Virus record (IMG/VR): IMGVR_UViG_3300022555_000046
Direction: 5' to 3' (one strand)
DNA length: 64,000 nt
From: a virus
The notes beneath the pieces were generated by a model. It was not told where the DNA came from and searched no databases. It saw nothing but the letters and a program-made list of their open reading frames with translations. The position numbers were made by a program, and so were the translations under genes. Shown here piece after piece: positions 37,362-46,853 of this stretch (positions are counted from its first letter, which is position 1; every line of letters starts with the position of its first letter).

Positions 37362-37909
37362 TCAAGATAGAACTCATCGAAAAATGTCATTCTAAGAACC
37401 CGCAGGTCCTTCCTCAGATTATTGAAGGACATTGTGGGACCGTCTATAATCAACTCCTATTTGACACCGGGATGGGATCGGATTATGATATCCATGCCAA
37501 GCAATACCTGAATGTTCCGGTTTTGTACGATGAGGCTGTTAATCAGTTTTATTGTGAATACCCGCAAGATATCTGTGTCCTTCCTGACGGAGCCGGGGTG
37601 AGAAGAATAAACCGAATGAAAGGGCAGGGTAGGGAATTTGTCCCTATTCAGAAATCGGCCATACCTGCATTCAATAATCTCGTAGTCAGTAAAACAGACA
37701 AGACAATTGGGTATTCATTAACCCAAGAAAGAATCGAACTGGAAAGGAATCCCGGGGTTAAGGAACTTAAGATGTCGCTGGTTATTCCTTTTGAACGTTT
37801 CGACTATGAGGATCAGGTCCATATACCCAAGGGGCAGGACGCTAAATTTTGGGCGGCTGTTGATCAGTTAATAAATGGCACACCGCCAGTAAATAAAGTT
37901 AATGAATAA
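37358..37909 (+). CDS. putative tail ring/structural protein
   Basis: ATGA overlap; synteny in tail module. Confidence 0.6.
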   Translation: MIKIELIEKCHSKNPQVLPQIIEGHCGTVYNQLLFDTGMGSDYDIHAKQYLNVPVLYDEAVNQFYCEYPQDICVLPDGAGVRRINRMKGQGREFVPIQKSAIPAFNNLVVSKTDKTIGYSLTQERIELERNPGVKELKMSLVIPFERFDYEDQVHIPKGQDAKFWAAVDQLINGTPPVNKVNE

Positions 37910-37917
37910 CCATACAA

Positions 37918-38631
37918 ATGGATAGTCCAGCCTTAATACCGATCTCCGCTGTTGTCGATTCATATCTGAATGTGACTGGTAATTATAGTGATGCCATGTT
38001 TCGCAGACTATTACAGGTAGTTTGTGAAAATTACACTCACCTGAATATTAACAGCACCTCGATATTTCAGACTCTCAGGACAACGGTTGGTAGGACCAAT
38101 ATCGTGGCGGTTCCGAGCGACTATATTGATTATGTAAGGATCGGAGTTCCTGTTCATGGGGAAATCTATACCTTGACCAAAAACGACAAAATTCTCCTCC
38201 CCACATTAATGTCATGTGGGGAGGACGTTAAGGACCCCGGCTCTTCTTCTTACACCGAAAAGCCGTGGTATCCATCTTTTTCATCGTCAGGTGGAAGGAA
38301 CTTCCTTTATTACAACTACGACAAAAAAGCCAGAGCAATTGTATTTAAAGGAGATGCAGTTGGCCGTGAGGTGGTTATTCAATACATTTCTTCTGGAGTA
38401 AGCATGGATGGAGACACCTTGATCCCGGTGCAACTACTTTTAACCATGAGGGCATTTCTTCACTGGACACTTCTTAGTTTCGATGTGAAGATGCCTGAAG
38501 TTAAGGTAGTTGCAGCTAAGAGAACATTTTACGAACTTCTTGCGGAATATGAGCGAATGGATATGTCCTTCACAGCAGACGAGTTTATTGACGCTATCAG
38601 GCAAGGGTACAAACAAACAATCAAATCATAA
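37918..38631 (+). CDS. putative tail ring/tubular protein
   Basis: AVPSDYIDYVRIG and IQYISSG patterns recalled from crAss-like ring proteins. Confidence 0.6.
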   Translation: MDSPALIPISAVVDSYLNVTGNYSDAMFRRLLQVVCENYTHLNINSTSIFQTLRTTVGRTNIVAVPSDYIDYVRIGVPVHGEIYTLTKNDKILLPTLMSCGEDVKDPGSSSYTEKPWYPSFSSSGGRNFLYYNYDKKARAIVFKGDAVGREVVIQYISSGVSMDGDTLIPVQLLLTMRAFLHWTLLSFDVKMPEVKVVAAKRTFYELLAEYERMDMSFTADEFIDAIRQGYKQTIKS

Positions 38632-38635
38632 ATGT

Positions 38636-38881
38636 ATGGAACTCACTGTAAGTGCAACAGGAATAACGATCACCAGACACACCGGATTAACCAGCAGTGT
38701 CGAACTTCATATCCCGGCAAAACTCATTTATGGGTTTAAGAAACAACGGAATGAAAAGGTTTATGTGAAGTGGGACCAATTAACTATCTTGGATTGCTCC
38801 GCTTACAGTATTTACAATGGGGTAGCTGTTACGCCAACGGCCATACAGATAATGAGCGACCTCGTTACTATAACCTCATAA
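38636..38881 (+). CDS. hypothetical protein
   Basis: Likely start MELTVSATG. Confidence 0.55.
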   Translation: MELTVSATGITITRHTGLTSSVELHIPAKLIYGFKKQRNEKVYVKWDQLTILDCSAYSIYNGVAVTPTAIQIMSDLVTITS

Positions 38882-39405
38882 TGACCATAGTCGTGGCATA
38901 TCAAATTTCAGCATCGTTAATTGCTTTCTGTATCTGGATTATGGAAGGGTTTCTGGATGGACGGAAAGAGGCGTATTATGCAGCCAAGGCAAAGGAGCAT
39001 CAGGATAAGCCTGATTACAATATCTATGACGGTATTATGAACTCCATACTATCCGAGAAAAGATGGCTTTACCTAACCACACGACTTGTTATGACTTACC
39101 TGCTTGTGATCGGAATAAAGATCACCGTGCTGCTTAAGTACGAAGAGGTTTCATATCATCCATTGATTTCAGCGATTGTGTTTATCACTATTCTTCTGGC
39201 TCCCGTCCTGTCGTATCCGTTCATCCATGATGCAACCTTTTACACCATGATGAACAGGCGCATCCCGGGATATTATCCCAGATCGTGGAAAACTAACCTT
39301 GACCAGTCTCGTTTCAGCGTTAATTATCCAACAAGACTCTATCTGTTTATTATAGCTGTATTAATGCTCGTCTCGCAAATCATTATTCATGTACACTGCT
39401 CTTAA
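38881..39405 (+). CDS. multi-pass membrane protein
   Basis: About four hydrophobic segments; TAATG overlap. Confidence 0.65.
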   Translation: MTIVVAYQISASLIAFCIWIMEGFLDGRKEAYYAAKAKEHQDKPDYNIYDGIMNSILSEKRWLYLTTRLVMTYLLVIGIKITVLLKYEEVSYHPLISAIVFITILLAPVLSYPFIHDATFYTMMNRRIPGYYPRSWKTNLDQSRFSVNYPTRLYLFIIAVLMLVSQIIIHVHCS

Positions 39406-39731
39406 TGGAAACGATGAACCCTCAAGCGTTAAACATATTTCAACTTGCAGGATGGTCAATCGCCATATGGTTTGTGATAAGATCAATTTGGAAATATGAC
39501 GCCAACGAAAAGAAGTTAATCGAACTCGCTATAAACTCGGCTACTCACTGGGAGCAGTGTGCGGCAAATTACAGAAGTTCCACCACTCACTTCGACACCA
39601 CCGATGCGACCATGTGTAGGATCGACAAAGATGTGTCTACACTTAAAAACAATGTCACCAGCATAGAAATAAGGCTGGTGAGAATTGAGGAAAAATGCAA
39701 ACTAACAAATCACGCACATGATAAAACTTAA
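39405..39731 (+). CDS. TM plus coiled-coil protein (holin/antiholin-like)
   Basis: One TM then heptad repeats ending IEIRLVRIEEK. Confidence 0.55.
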   Translation: METMNPQALNIFQLAGWSIAIWFVIRSIWKYDANEKKLIELAINSATHWEQCAANYRSSTTHFDTTDATMCRIDKDVSTLKNNVTSIEIRLVRIEEKCKLTNHAHDKT

Positions 39732-40005
39732 ATTCTGGGAAGACCAACTCCCGAACGGACAGGTCACCCAATCGTCAAGCAGACTGATCTTTCTGAGTGG
39801 ATGGCTTTTTTTGTATGCCCTCATCACCTTTGAGGTGCTGTCAGTAACCTTCTGGAATGGAAAGATGGATTATGCCCTTATCGCAATGATCGCAGGGTTT
39901 GCCACAGGCCAAAAGATGTATCAGAAAGCCGTGGAGTCAAAAGACATCAGTCCTGACACCCCTATTGTACCGGAGGTTCCGGTTACGAAAACAGACGCAG
40001 CTTAA
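39718..40005 (+). CDS. holin-like two-TM protein
   Basis: SSSRL followed by two TM segments. Confidence 0.55.
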   Translation: MIKLKFWEDQLPNGQVTQSSSRLIFLSGWLFLYALITFEVLSVTFWNGKMDYALIAMIAGFATGQKMYQKAVESKDISPDTPIVPEVPVTKTDAA

Positions 40006-40015
40006 TTGAGTTAAG

Positions 40016-40606
40016 ATGAAAAAGCTACCGTGGGGATATATTTTAGCCGCCTGTCTTTTTATTGTCATCGGGATTCTTTTGACACAGATGTGTAAAAGGA
40101 CCCCTGAGACGACTCCTGTTGCCAAGGTGACAATAGACTCTCTTGTAAAGGTGAACGCATTCCTGATCGAAGAAAACAAGGCAAAGTCGGACAGTATTGA
40201 CAGGGTGGTAAAGGACAGGGAGGACAGGGTCGCTGAAAAGGAGAAAACGATACGGTTGATCACGGAAAAATACAACCGTCTTCGCCAACAGGTTCCTCCC
40301 GGGAGGGACACGGTGGTTAAGGAGATTCAGTTTCTTAACGGAGAGGAGTGTCTGGAGAAGATGCCTATTCTTCAGGTTCAATTATGTATTAAAGATTCCG
40401 TTATTGATGACCTGAAACGGAAATGCATATTTAAAGACACGGTGAACATGGCTCTTCAGAGGCAGTTTGATCGGTCAATATTGTTAAATAAAAGCCAGCA
40501 AGGGCAGTCGGAGAAGGACGCCAAGAAGGTTAAACGATTTAAGCGACTCGGTATTGCCGGGGTGATTGTGGGTGTGGCAGGTGTTATTTACGCAACTTTA
40601 CATTGA
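40016..40606 (+). CDS. spanin-like protein (N-terminal TM, coiled coil, C-terminal TM)
   Basis: Hydrophobic termini around a coiled coil; next to holin-like genes. Confidence 0.5.
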   Translation: MKKLPWGYILAACLFIVIGILLTQMCKRTPETTPVAKVTIDSLVKVNAFLIEENKAKSDSIDRVVKDREDRVAEKEKTIRLITEKYNRLRQQVPPGRDTVVKEIQFLNGEECLEKMPILQVQLCIKDSVIDDLKRKCIFKDTVNMALQRQFDRSILLNKSQQGQSEKDAKKVKRFKRLGIAGVIVGVAGVIYATLH

Positions 40607-40607
40607 A

Positions 40608-43600
40608 ATGACTAAGGTAAATCAGGTAATTATTCCACATAAAATGAATCAGGACGTTGATGAACGTGCCCTGAAGTCAAATGAATGTCGATACAAGCTG
40701 AATCTTCGCAGTGGAACGACAGAGGGGAGTAATTCTGAAGACTCTGAGCCTATCGGAAGCACGAGAGAGATTCCTAATCCGTTTTACAACCTCGGAGATG
40801 TTGACAATGGATCGCATGAAGACATTTCAACAAGCACTGTATTCTTTTTTGTTTACAATGCCAATAAATCTTTTGACAAAATACTTCGATACACTCCAGC
40901 GGCAAACAAGTTGGAGCGTGTGTTACAGCACCGATATCTTAACTTTAGGCTTGATCGAAAAATTACAGATGTCGATGTGGTTGATGGACTACTTTATTGG
41001 ACGGATGGCGGTTTTGTTTCGTTCAAAGATAACGACTTTACTCCCCCCAGAAAGATAAATATAGACAAGGCCATAAAGTTCTCTCGGGAGTTTTTTAGCA
41101 TGGCTATGGGGAATCCAAACAGGCAATGGGAATATAATTATTGCAGAGAGGCTAAGTCGGTAACCGGACAGAATGATCATTACGGCAAAACGGCATATAT
41201 AGGAGTCTTCCCGTCTCTTTTTAGTGTCGGAAGATACATGGTTGCTTGGACTTTGGATGGAGGTGAATATGGGTACAGGCATAAGCGCACATCGGGTATA
41301 GGTAAAATACTGGACCAAGGCTCCGTTGGTTCTCTTGAATACATTGTGACCGACAGGCCGTGGAGAGAAGGTCCCGACATCACATCTCTTGCAAAATACG
41401 GGTACTCCTTGATATTTCAGACCGGAATGTATTTCGGTATAGATTATCAGGTTTTAGACGCTATAAAATACCCCCCGGCATACCCTCCGTCATACGGATA
41501 CTGGGGTTCTGGATCGCCCAAAGAGACGGGTAATCTAAGGGACCATGTTTATCAGTTTTGTTATAGATACATTTACGATGATCGTGAAACAACCGTGCTG
41601 TCTGCTTTTAGTGGGGTTTCTGAAGGGGGTACAAGTGAAATGTTTGACGGGAGTTACATTGATGGTAAGGAAAACGGGATTCGCATAACGCTGGATACTG
41701 GGTCAATTGAGGTAGTTGCGATAGAATTGTTCTTCAGGACAAACGAAACTCAGGAATGGAAGAGGTTTTACAGGATTGAAAAATACGACCAGAATGGCAA
41801 TGTTTTGATCGAAAACGATATCCCGTACGTGTTCGAGTTTTTCAATAATTATGTCACCCAGAATCTGGCAAAGGAGGACGCAATTCGCCCGTTCGATTAC
41901 GTACCGCAGATCGCAAGGGGACAGGAACTTATTGAAAAGAATAGGATTCTTTATTATGATTACTGGGAGGGGTTTGATAGGGTTAATCCAAAAATATCCC
42001 TAACAACAGTTTCTCGTGCGTTGTCATTTGCAGACTATCAAGAGGCGCATGATTTTTATCTGGCAGATATAATTATAAATAATCCAGACGAAAGTTTATC
42101 CAGAGAGTTTTTGTGCATAGTCGTAAGGTTAACGGACCTGATGCAAAGGGATCGTGGCCTATGGTATTTCTCAGCATTTGACGAGAATATAATCCCAGAT
42201 ACCATATCAGCGATATACATGTCTTCCCCGGGGGACTATACGGCAAACATTATAAGCCATTGGGTGGATGGGATACGATTACAATACAGGACGTATCCGG
42301 TATTTTCAAAATATAATATGCCCATGTTAAATGACTACACAACAAGGGATATGAATGGGACTACCGGGAACCCTTTGGGACAAGGGATTCTGTCGGGGGA
42401 TCGTATAGCCATTGCCGTAAATGATTATGCCACTCCTTGGCCGGGGCTATATGGTCCTAAAATAACAGAGTCTGTAAGTGTCGGAACGACCAGAAAAGCG
42501 TCTTTAAAGCATAGGTCGTGGTATCAAGCAGGAGTTGAATATTATGATGGACCTTCCAGAAAGGGAGCGGTTGTTCTTTCGGAAAACTCAAGACTGTACA
42601 TACCCCCGGGAGATGCCGGGGATCGGGCAATAGACGCAGTGTCGTTACGCATGGCCATAGGGCATGTTCCCCCGATGGAGGCAGATACATATCAGGTGGT
42701 TATCTCAAAAAGGTTATCCATGTCGTATTTCGATTATTTTAGGGTATATTCCATAAGAGAAACTCCTGCCGCTGTTGGTATAATAACTATGAACACGCTT
42801 GACATTACGGTGAATCCAGACATTCTGGATATGAATGAGGTGTTTAAAAAAAGTATTGTAAAACCATATGTCTGGGAGCGTGGGGATAAAATAAGATTTG
42901 CGTATTATAGAACAAGTCAATTGGCAAATACACAAGGATTATATTACTATAAGAATTTTCCAGACACCCTCTCTTTCGACATTATTAATGCCGAATACAA
43001 GGAAGTCCCAAGGCAGGGGAGGCAGGTCATCCCTATATACGAGGAAAATCAGAAGGGGGAAACTATATGGACGGCAGAGGGAAATAAGGTAGAAAATATA
43101 TTTTCCCTTCAAATTACCATACCAGCATTTAAGTATGGCAGTATAGATGGATTTAAAGACCTTGCGAAGATAGGCCCAGAGGAGCAGATTTTTGTTGAAA
43201 TATTCCGTCCAAAAAAGGAGAATGAAGATAATTTATTTTATGCCATTGGTCCGAGGATTCCAATTTCACAGCCACATACCGATTACAGGGCGCACCAATC
43301 AACAAATTCTTCGCAGGATGATGTCGATCAGACAACGGTAAACGGAGTGTCGTTAAACGATGCTATACTTACCGTTTCGGGCGGGGATGTGTGGGTAAGA
43401 AACAGGCTTACCGGGGTCATACAGAACCCAGTTCCATTCCCAATAGAATCTACAAACTATTCCGACTTTTACGAAAGCGAATTGCCTTGTCTTGGGAATG
43501 TAAATGTGGAAAACAGAAACATGAAACGCCAGAATTTCCCCACTGCATACAGGTATTCCGGTTTGTATATTCAGGACACTCAAGTTAATCAACTTAATAG

Positions 43601-44627
43601 TTTCTCGTCAGGTGACTCTAATATTCTACCACATAAATTTGGCAGAATAGCAAAAATGATTGAGGTCGGAGAAGTGTTAAGAACATTGTTGCAAAATAAG
43701 CCCATCTCCCTATATGTGAGTGCCGTGTCAATGAAACAAGGAACCATTGGAGGTCAGCAGGTTGTTGCATTATCAGATAAAGTTGTTGGGGGACAGTTGA
43801 TTCATCCAGAAGACTTTGGGACCATAAACCCAGAAAGTGTAACGGACTCTGGAAGTTACACGTATTTCTGGGATATGTATAGCGGGATATGGTGCAGATG
43901 GTCCACAAACGGAGTTCGTCAGATCGTTGGAAAGGACAGTGAGTCTGGGTGGGACTATGGAATGTCAACGTATTTCAGAAACAAAAGCAGGTCCCTAATA
44001 AAATCTGGAGTTGCCAATGTGAATGTATATTCAGCATTCGAGAGCGAATATGGGAATTTAATTGTTACATTTGTTGACCATATTAACCCTATTAATAATG
44101 CCACCCTGATGTTCCATGAGCCAACCAATTCTTGGACAACTTGTTTGTCCTTCATTCCTGATGGATATGGGACTTGTAATCTTGTGTTTATGAGTTCAAA
44201 GGGAGGTAGGCTGTATCGTCACAATATAGGCGTTACAGATATGGACAACGCTCCAAATATTTTTTATGGAGTTCAATACAAAAGCGAGGTTATTGTTGTT
44301 GCTAACGTGAATCCAGACAAGATTAAGTCGTGGGATTCTATGGAAGTGTTTTCGTATGGAAACTGGGAGTCTCCCGAAACCGGGGATGTGTACGTGATTA
44401 CGGATGGAAGTCACATGCGAAGCAGGTTGAAAAGTTCGGCATTTAAACGCAGAGAAGGCGTTGGTGTTGTGTCATTTTTGAGAGATATGTATACTCATGG
44501 AAAGGAGTCGTTGTCTGATTTGTTTAATGGGAGAAAACTCAGAGGACATACTATACGAGTAAGGCTTATAAGCGATGATGGAAAACCTATAATGGGAGTA
44601 AATATTAACGGTACAATATCTGAATAA
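40608..44627 (+). CDS. tail nozzle/muzzle (stabilisation) protein
   Basis: About 1340 aa beta-rich; KMNQDVDER..YKLNLR start, LYWTDG, FWDMYSG, FHEPTNSW motifs typical of podovirus nozzle proteins. Confidence 0.75.
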   Translation: MTKVNQVIIPHKMNQDVDERALKSNECRYKLNLRSGTTEGSNSEDSEPIGSTREIPNPFYNLGDVDNGSHEDISTSTVFFFVYNANKSFDKILRYTPAANKLERVLQHRYLNFRLDRKITDVDVVDGLLYWTDGGFVSFKDNDFTPPRKINIDKAIKFSREFFSMAMGNPNRQWEYNYCREAKSVTGQNDHYGKTAYIGVFPSLFSVGRYMVAWTLDGGEYGYRHKRTSGIGKILDQGSVGSLEYIVTDRPWREGPDITSLAKYGYSLIFQTGMYFGIDYQVLDAIKYPPAYPPSYGYWGSGSPKETGNLRDHVYQFCYRYIYDDRETTVLSAFSGVSEGGTSEMFDGSYIDGKENGIRITLDTGSIEVVAIELFFRTNETQEWKRFYRIEKYDQNGNVLIENDIPYVFEFFNNYVTQNLAKEDAIRPFDYVPQIARGQELIEKNRILYYDYWEGFDRVNPKISLTTVSRALSFADYQEAHDFYLADIIINNPDESLSREFLCIVVRLTDLMQRDRGLWYFSAFDENIIPDTISAIYMSSPGDYTANIISHWVDGIRLQYRTYPVFSKYNMPMLNDYTTRDMNGTTGNPLGQGILSGDRIAIAVNDYATPWPGLYGPKITESVSVGTTRKASLKHRSWYQAGVEYYDGPSRKGAVVLSENSRLYIPPGDAGDRAIDAVSLRMAIGHVPPMEADTYQVVISKRLSMSYFDYFRVYSIRETPAAVGIITMNTLDITVNPDILDMNEVFKKSIVKPYVWERGDKIRFAYYRTSQLANTQGLYYYKNFPDTLSFDIINAEYKEVPRQGRQVIPIYEENQKGETIWTAEGNKVENIFSLQITIPAFKYGSIDGFKDLAKIGPEEQIFVEIFRPKKENEDNLFYAIGPRIPISQPHTDYRAHQSTNSSQDDVDQTTVNGVSLNDAILTVSGGDVWVRNRLTGVIQNPVPFPIESTNYSDFYESELPCLGNVNVENRNMKRQNFPTAYRYSGLYIQDTQVNQLNSFSSGDSNILPHKFGRIAKMIEVGEVLRTLLQNKPISLYVSAVSMKQGTIGGQQVVALSDKVVGGQLIHPEDFGTINPESVTDSGSYTYFWDMYSGIWCRWSTNGVRQIVGKDSESGWDYGMSTYFRNKSRSLIKSGVANVNVYSAFESEYGNLIVTFVDHINPINNATLMFHEPTNSWTTCLSFIPDGYGTCNLVFMSSKGGRLYRHNIGVTDMDNAPNIFYGVQYKSEVIVVANVNPDKIKSWDSMEVFSYGNWESPETGDVYVITDGSHMRSRLKSSAFKRREGVGVVSFLRDMYTHGKESLSDLFNGRKLRGHTIRVRLISDDGKPIMGVNINGTISE

Positions 44628-44628
44628 A

Positions 44629-45585
44629 ATGATAGGACTATTAGCATCATTAATCCCTATGGCGATCAACTTGGCGAGCGGAGTTTTCAGCAAGGTTGCG
44701 TCTGATAAAACAGCCAGTAAGATCGGAGACCTAAATACTACGATGCCTGAACAGGCCATAGAAGCGGAGGGGATGGCAAGAGAAATGTCTTATATGGGGA
44801 TGCCGGGATATGAGAGATATAAGGACAATGTCGATCAGATGATGTCACAAACAATATCTCAGATGAAGGATGTTCTCCAGAGTCCGTCATCAATGATAGA
44901 CATGGCGTCAAGGGCGATGTCGGCAACGGACGAGGCGTACAATCAATTGGCCATAGAAGACACCAAGGCAAGACTGGGAAATATAAATAACTACGAGAAT
45001 GTACTCACACATAACGCTGGCCTTGACGTGTCTATTCAGGGTCAAAACAACCAAATTAAATTAGCATCTATCGAGCAAAGCGCACAGGGGACCAAGGACT
45101 TACTCCAAAGCATAAACACCGGAATAGGGGCTGGAATAAGCACCTACGGAATGATTAGCAGCCTGAATTCCCAAGAAGACTTTTTGAAGAAACAAGCCAC
45201 GTTCTTTCAGCAGGGGGGAAGTGTTGACTCGTTAACCCCGAGCAAACCAGCAGTGCCCACATTTGAAGATTCCCCATCCTCATCCCCGGGATACGAGAAG
45301 ATTCCCCAGATGTTTTCAAGCCCCGGGGAAAAGTCCTATGGCCTTGATGGGGTTATAAACGGGATCATCCCTCCGGTAAAAGCCGGGACACCGTATTCGA
45401 CACCTCCATTTACAGAAGAACCAGCTTTTAAAGAAGGACTTACCACTCCTTGGGGTTCGGTCTTAAATCCAAATACTCCTGTCGATAAGAGTGTTAACCC
45501 AAATGGGGACTGGTTCGATTACATGAAGTCTAATCCTGCTGACCCCATAAATATCATGTTCAAGAAACTTGGATTCAGCTATTAA
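44629..45585 (+). CDS. internal virion/ejection protein 1
   Basis: Amphipathic Gly/Ala N-terminus, helical Gln-rich body, position after the nozzle gene. Confidence 0.65.
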   Translation: MIGLLASLIPMAINLASGVFSKVASDKTASKIGDLNTTMPEQAIEAEGMAREMSYMGMPGYERYKDNVDQMMSQTISQMKDVLQSPSSMIDMASRAMSATDEAYNQLAIEDTKARLGNINNYENVLTHNAGLDVSIQGQNNQIKLASIEQSAQGTKDLLQSINTGIGAGISTYGMISSLNSQEDFLKKQATFFQQGGSVDSLTPSKPAVPTFEDSPSSSPGYEKIPQMFSSPGEKSYGLDGVINGIIPPVKAGTPYSTPPFTEEPAFKEGLTTPWGSVLNPNTPVDKSVNPNGDWFDYMKSNPADPINIMFKKLGFSY

Positions 45586-45596
45586 AAAAATAAGAC

Positions 45597-46853
45597 ATGC
45601 CTCCTATCTCGTTTTTACCTCAAGACACAATAACTCCCGCCATTCAGAATCTCGGGCAGTCTCTTTCTGCTATAAGTCAAAGAAAGATGGCTCAACAGCA
45701 GGGGATTATTGACCAGTACATGAAACTTGTGGACGTTTCTCTGGAAGGTACTCAGGCCAATCACCGGGACGAGATACTTGGAGACCTCGATACTTTCAAG
45801 CAGAAGGCGGCAGACGTTTTTGTGAAGGCCGAGCAAAATAATGCAGTCCCAAACTACAAAGACCTTACGGCTATTGAGCAGGATAAGAAATCCATTCTCA
45901 CCAAGGTTACCGATAGTCAGTTGCTGGTAAACAGGTATAAACAAGCCATGTTGTATGCTGCTGAATTGAAGAAAAAAGGGGAGTTAGCACCTTCCTCGGA
46001 GGCAGCATTGAATGACTGGGTTACGACTAAGACACCTATTGCAAAGGCCGCTGACCCAATGACCCTTATTGACACCCAGTACACACCTGAAAAGGCGATG
46101 AAAATTGAGAAGGAGTGGTTCCGTGACAATCAATATGCCGCTCAGAAGACCGGGAAAATGACTCCACGTCCTGACGGAAGTGGATACGATTACACTTACG
46201 GTGTTTATGACGAAGGGGACGTTCAGAGGGATGCAGGTAATTTATGGGACAGTGACAAGGACCTTCAGAATTACTGGAAGGAAAGGGGAGTTGACAGATC
46301 GACATATATAACCAGAAAACAGCAGACCGAGACAATGGGGATGCAGTTGATCAAGCAGAAGGCTGGATTTGGGAAAGTTCAACCATCCACCGGATGGACT
46401 CAGTTTGATAACAGTGATGGTACGACTACCTACACCCCGCAGGTTCTTATAAAAAGGCCATTAACCTATGCTGATGGTACAATATCTGACACACAATTGC
46501 TTAAATTTGTCGAGGATAAATCAACTGGTAAACGCATATGGTATGGAACAAGGATGGTCAAGGTCCCTAAAGACGCAACTCAACAGTATATTGCGGATAA
46601 CCCCAAAAAATACCCGGGCATAAAAGTTGAGACAAAAGAGGAGGAACAGCCTGTTAAGATTGACGAAACAACCCTGTCGACCGATGACTATAATTCTCTC
46701 CAAGCGTATTACCCGAAGGACCCGGGAAAGGCAAAGAAGGTTTCTGAACCAACCGTTGGGTCATTAAAGGCCGCAAGAACGCAGAACCCGGGAGTTTCTG
46801 ACGCTGACTTGATTAAACTGTACAAGGATCAACACAATATAGACCTGAAGTAA
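45597..46853 (+). CDS. internal virion/ejection protein 2
   Basis: 418 aa helical; synteny. Confidence 0.65.
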   Translation: MPPISFLPQDTITPAIQNLGQSLSAISQRKMAQQQGIIDQYMKLVDVSLEGTQANHRDEILGDLDTFKQKAADVFVKAEQNNAVPNYKDLTAIEQDKKSILTKVTDSQLLVNRYKQAMLYAAELKKKGELAPSSEAALNDWVTTKTPIAKAADPMTLIDTQYTPEKAMKIEKEWFRDNQYAAQKTGKMTPRPDGSGYDYTYGVYDEGDVQRDAGNLWDSDKDLQNYWKERGVDRSTYITRKQQTETMGMQLIKQKAGFGKVQPSTGWTQFDNSDGTTTYTPQVLIKRPLTYADGTISDTQLLKFVEDKSTGKRIWYGTRMVKVPKDATQQYIADNPKKYPGIKVETKEEEQPVKIDETTLSTDDYNSLQAYYPKDPGKAKKVSEPTVGSLKAARTQNPGVSDADLIKLYKDQHNIDLK

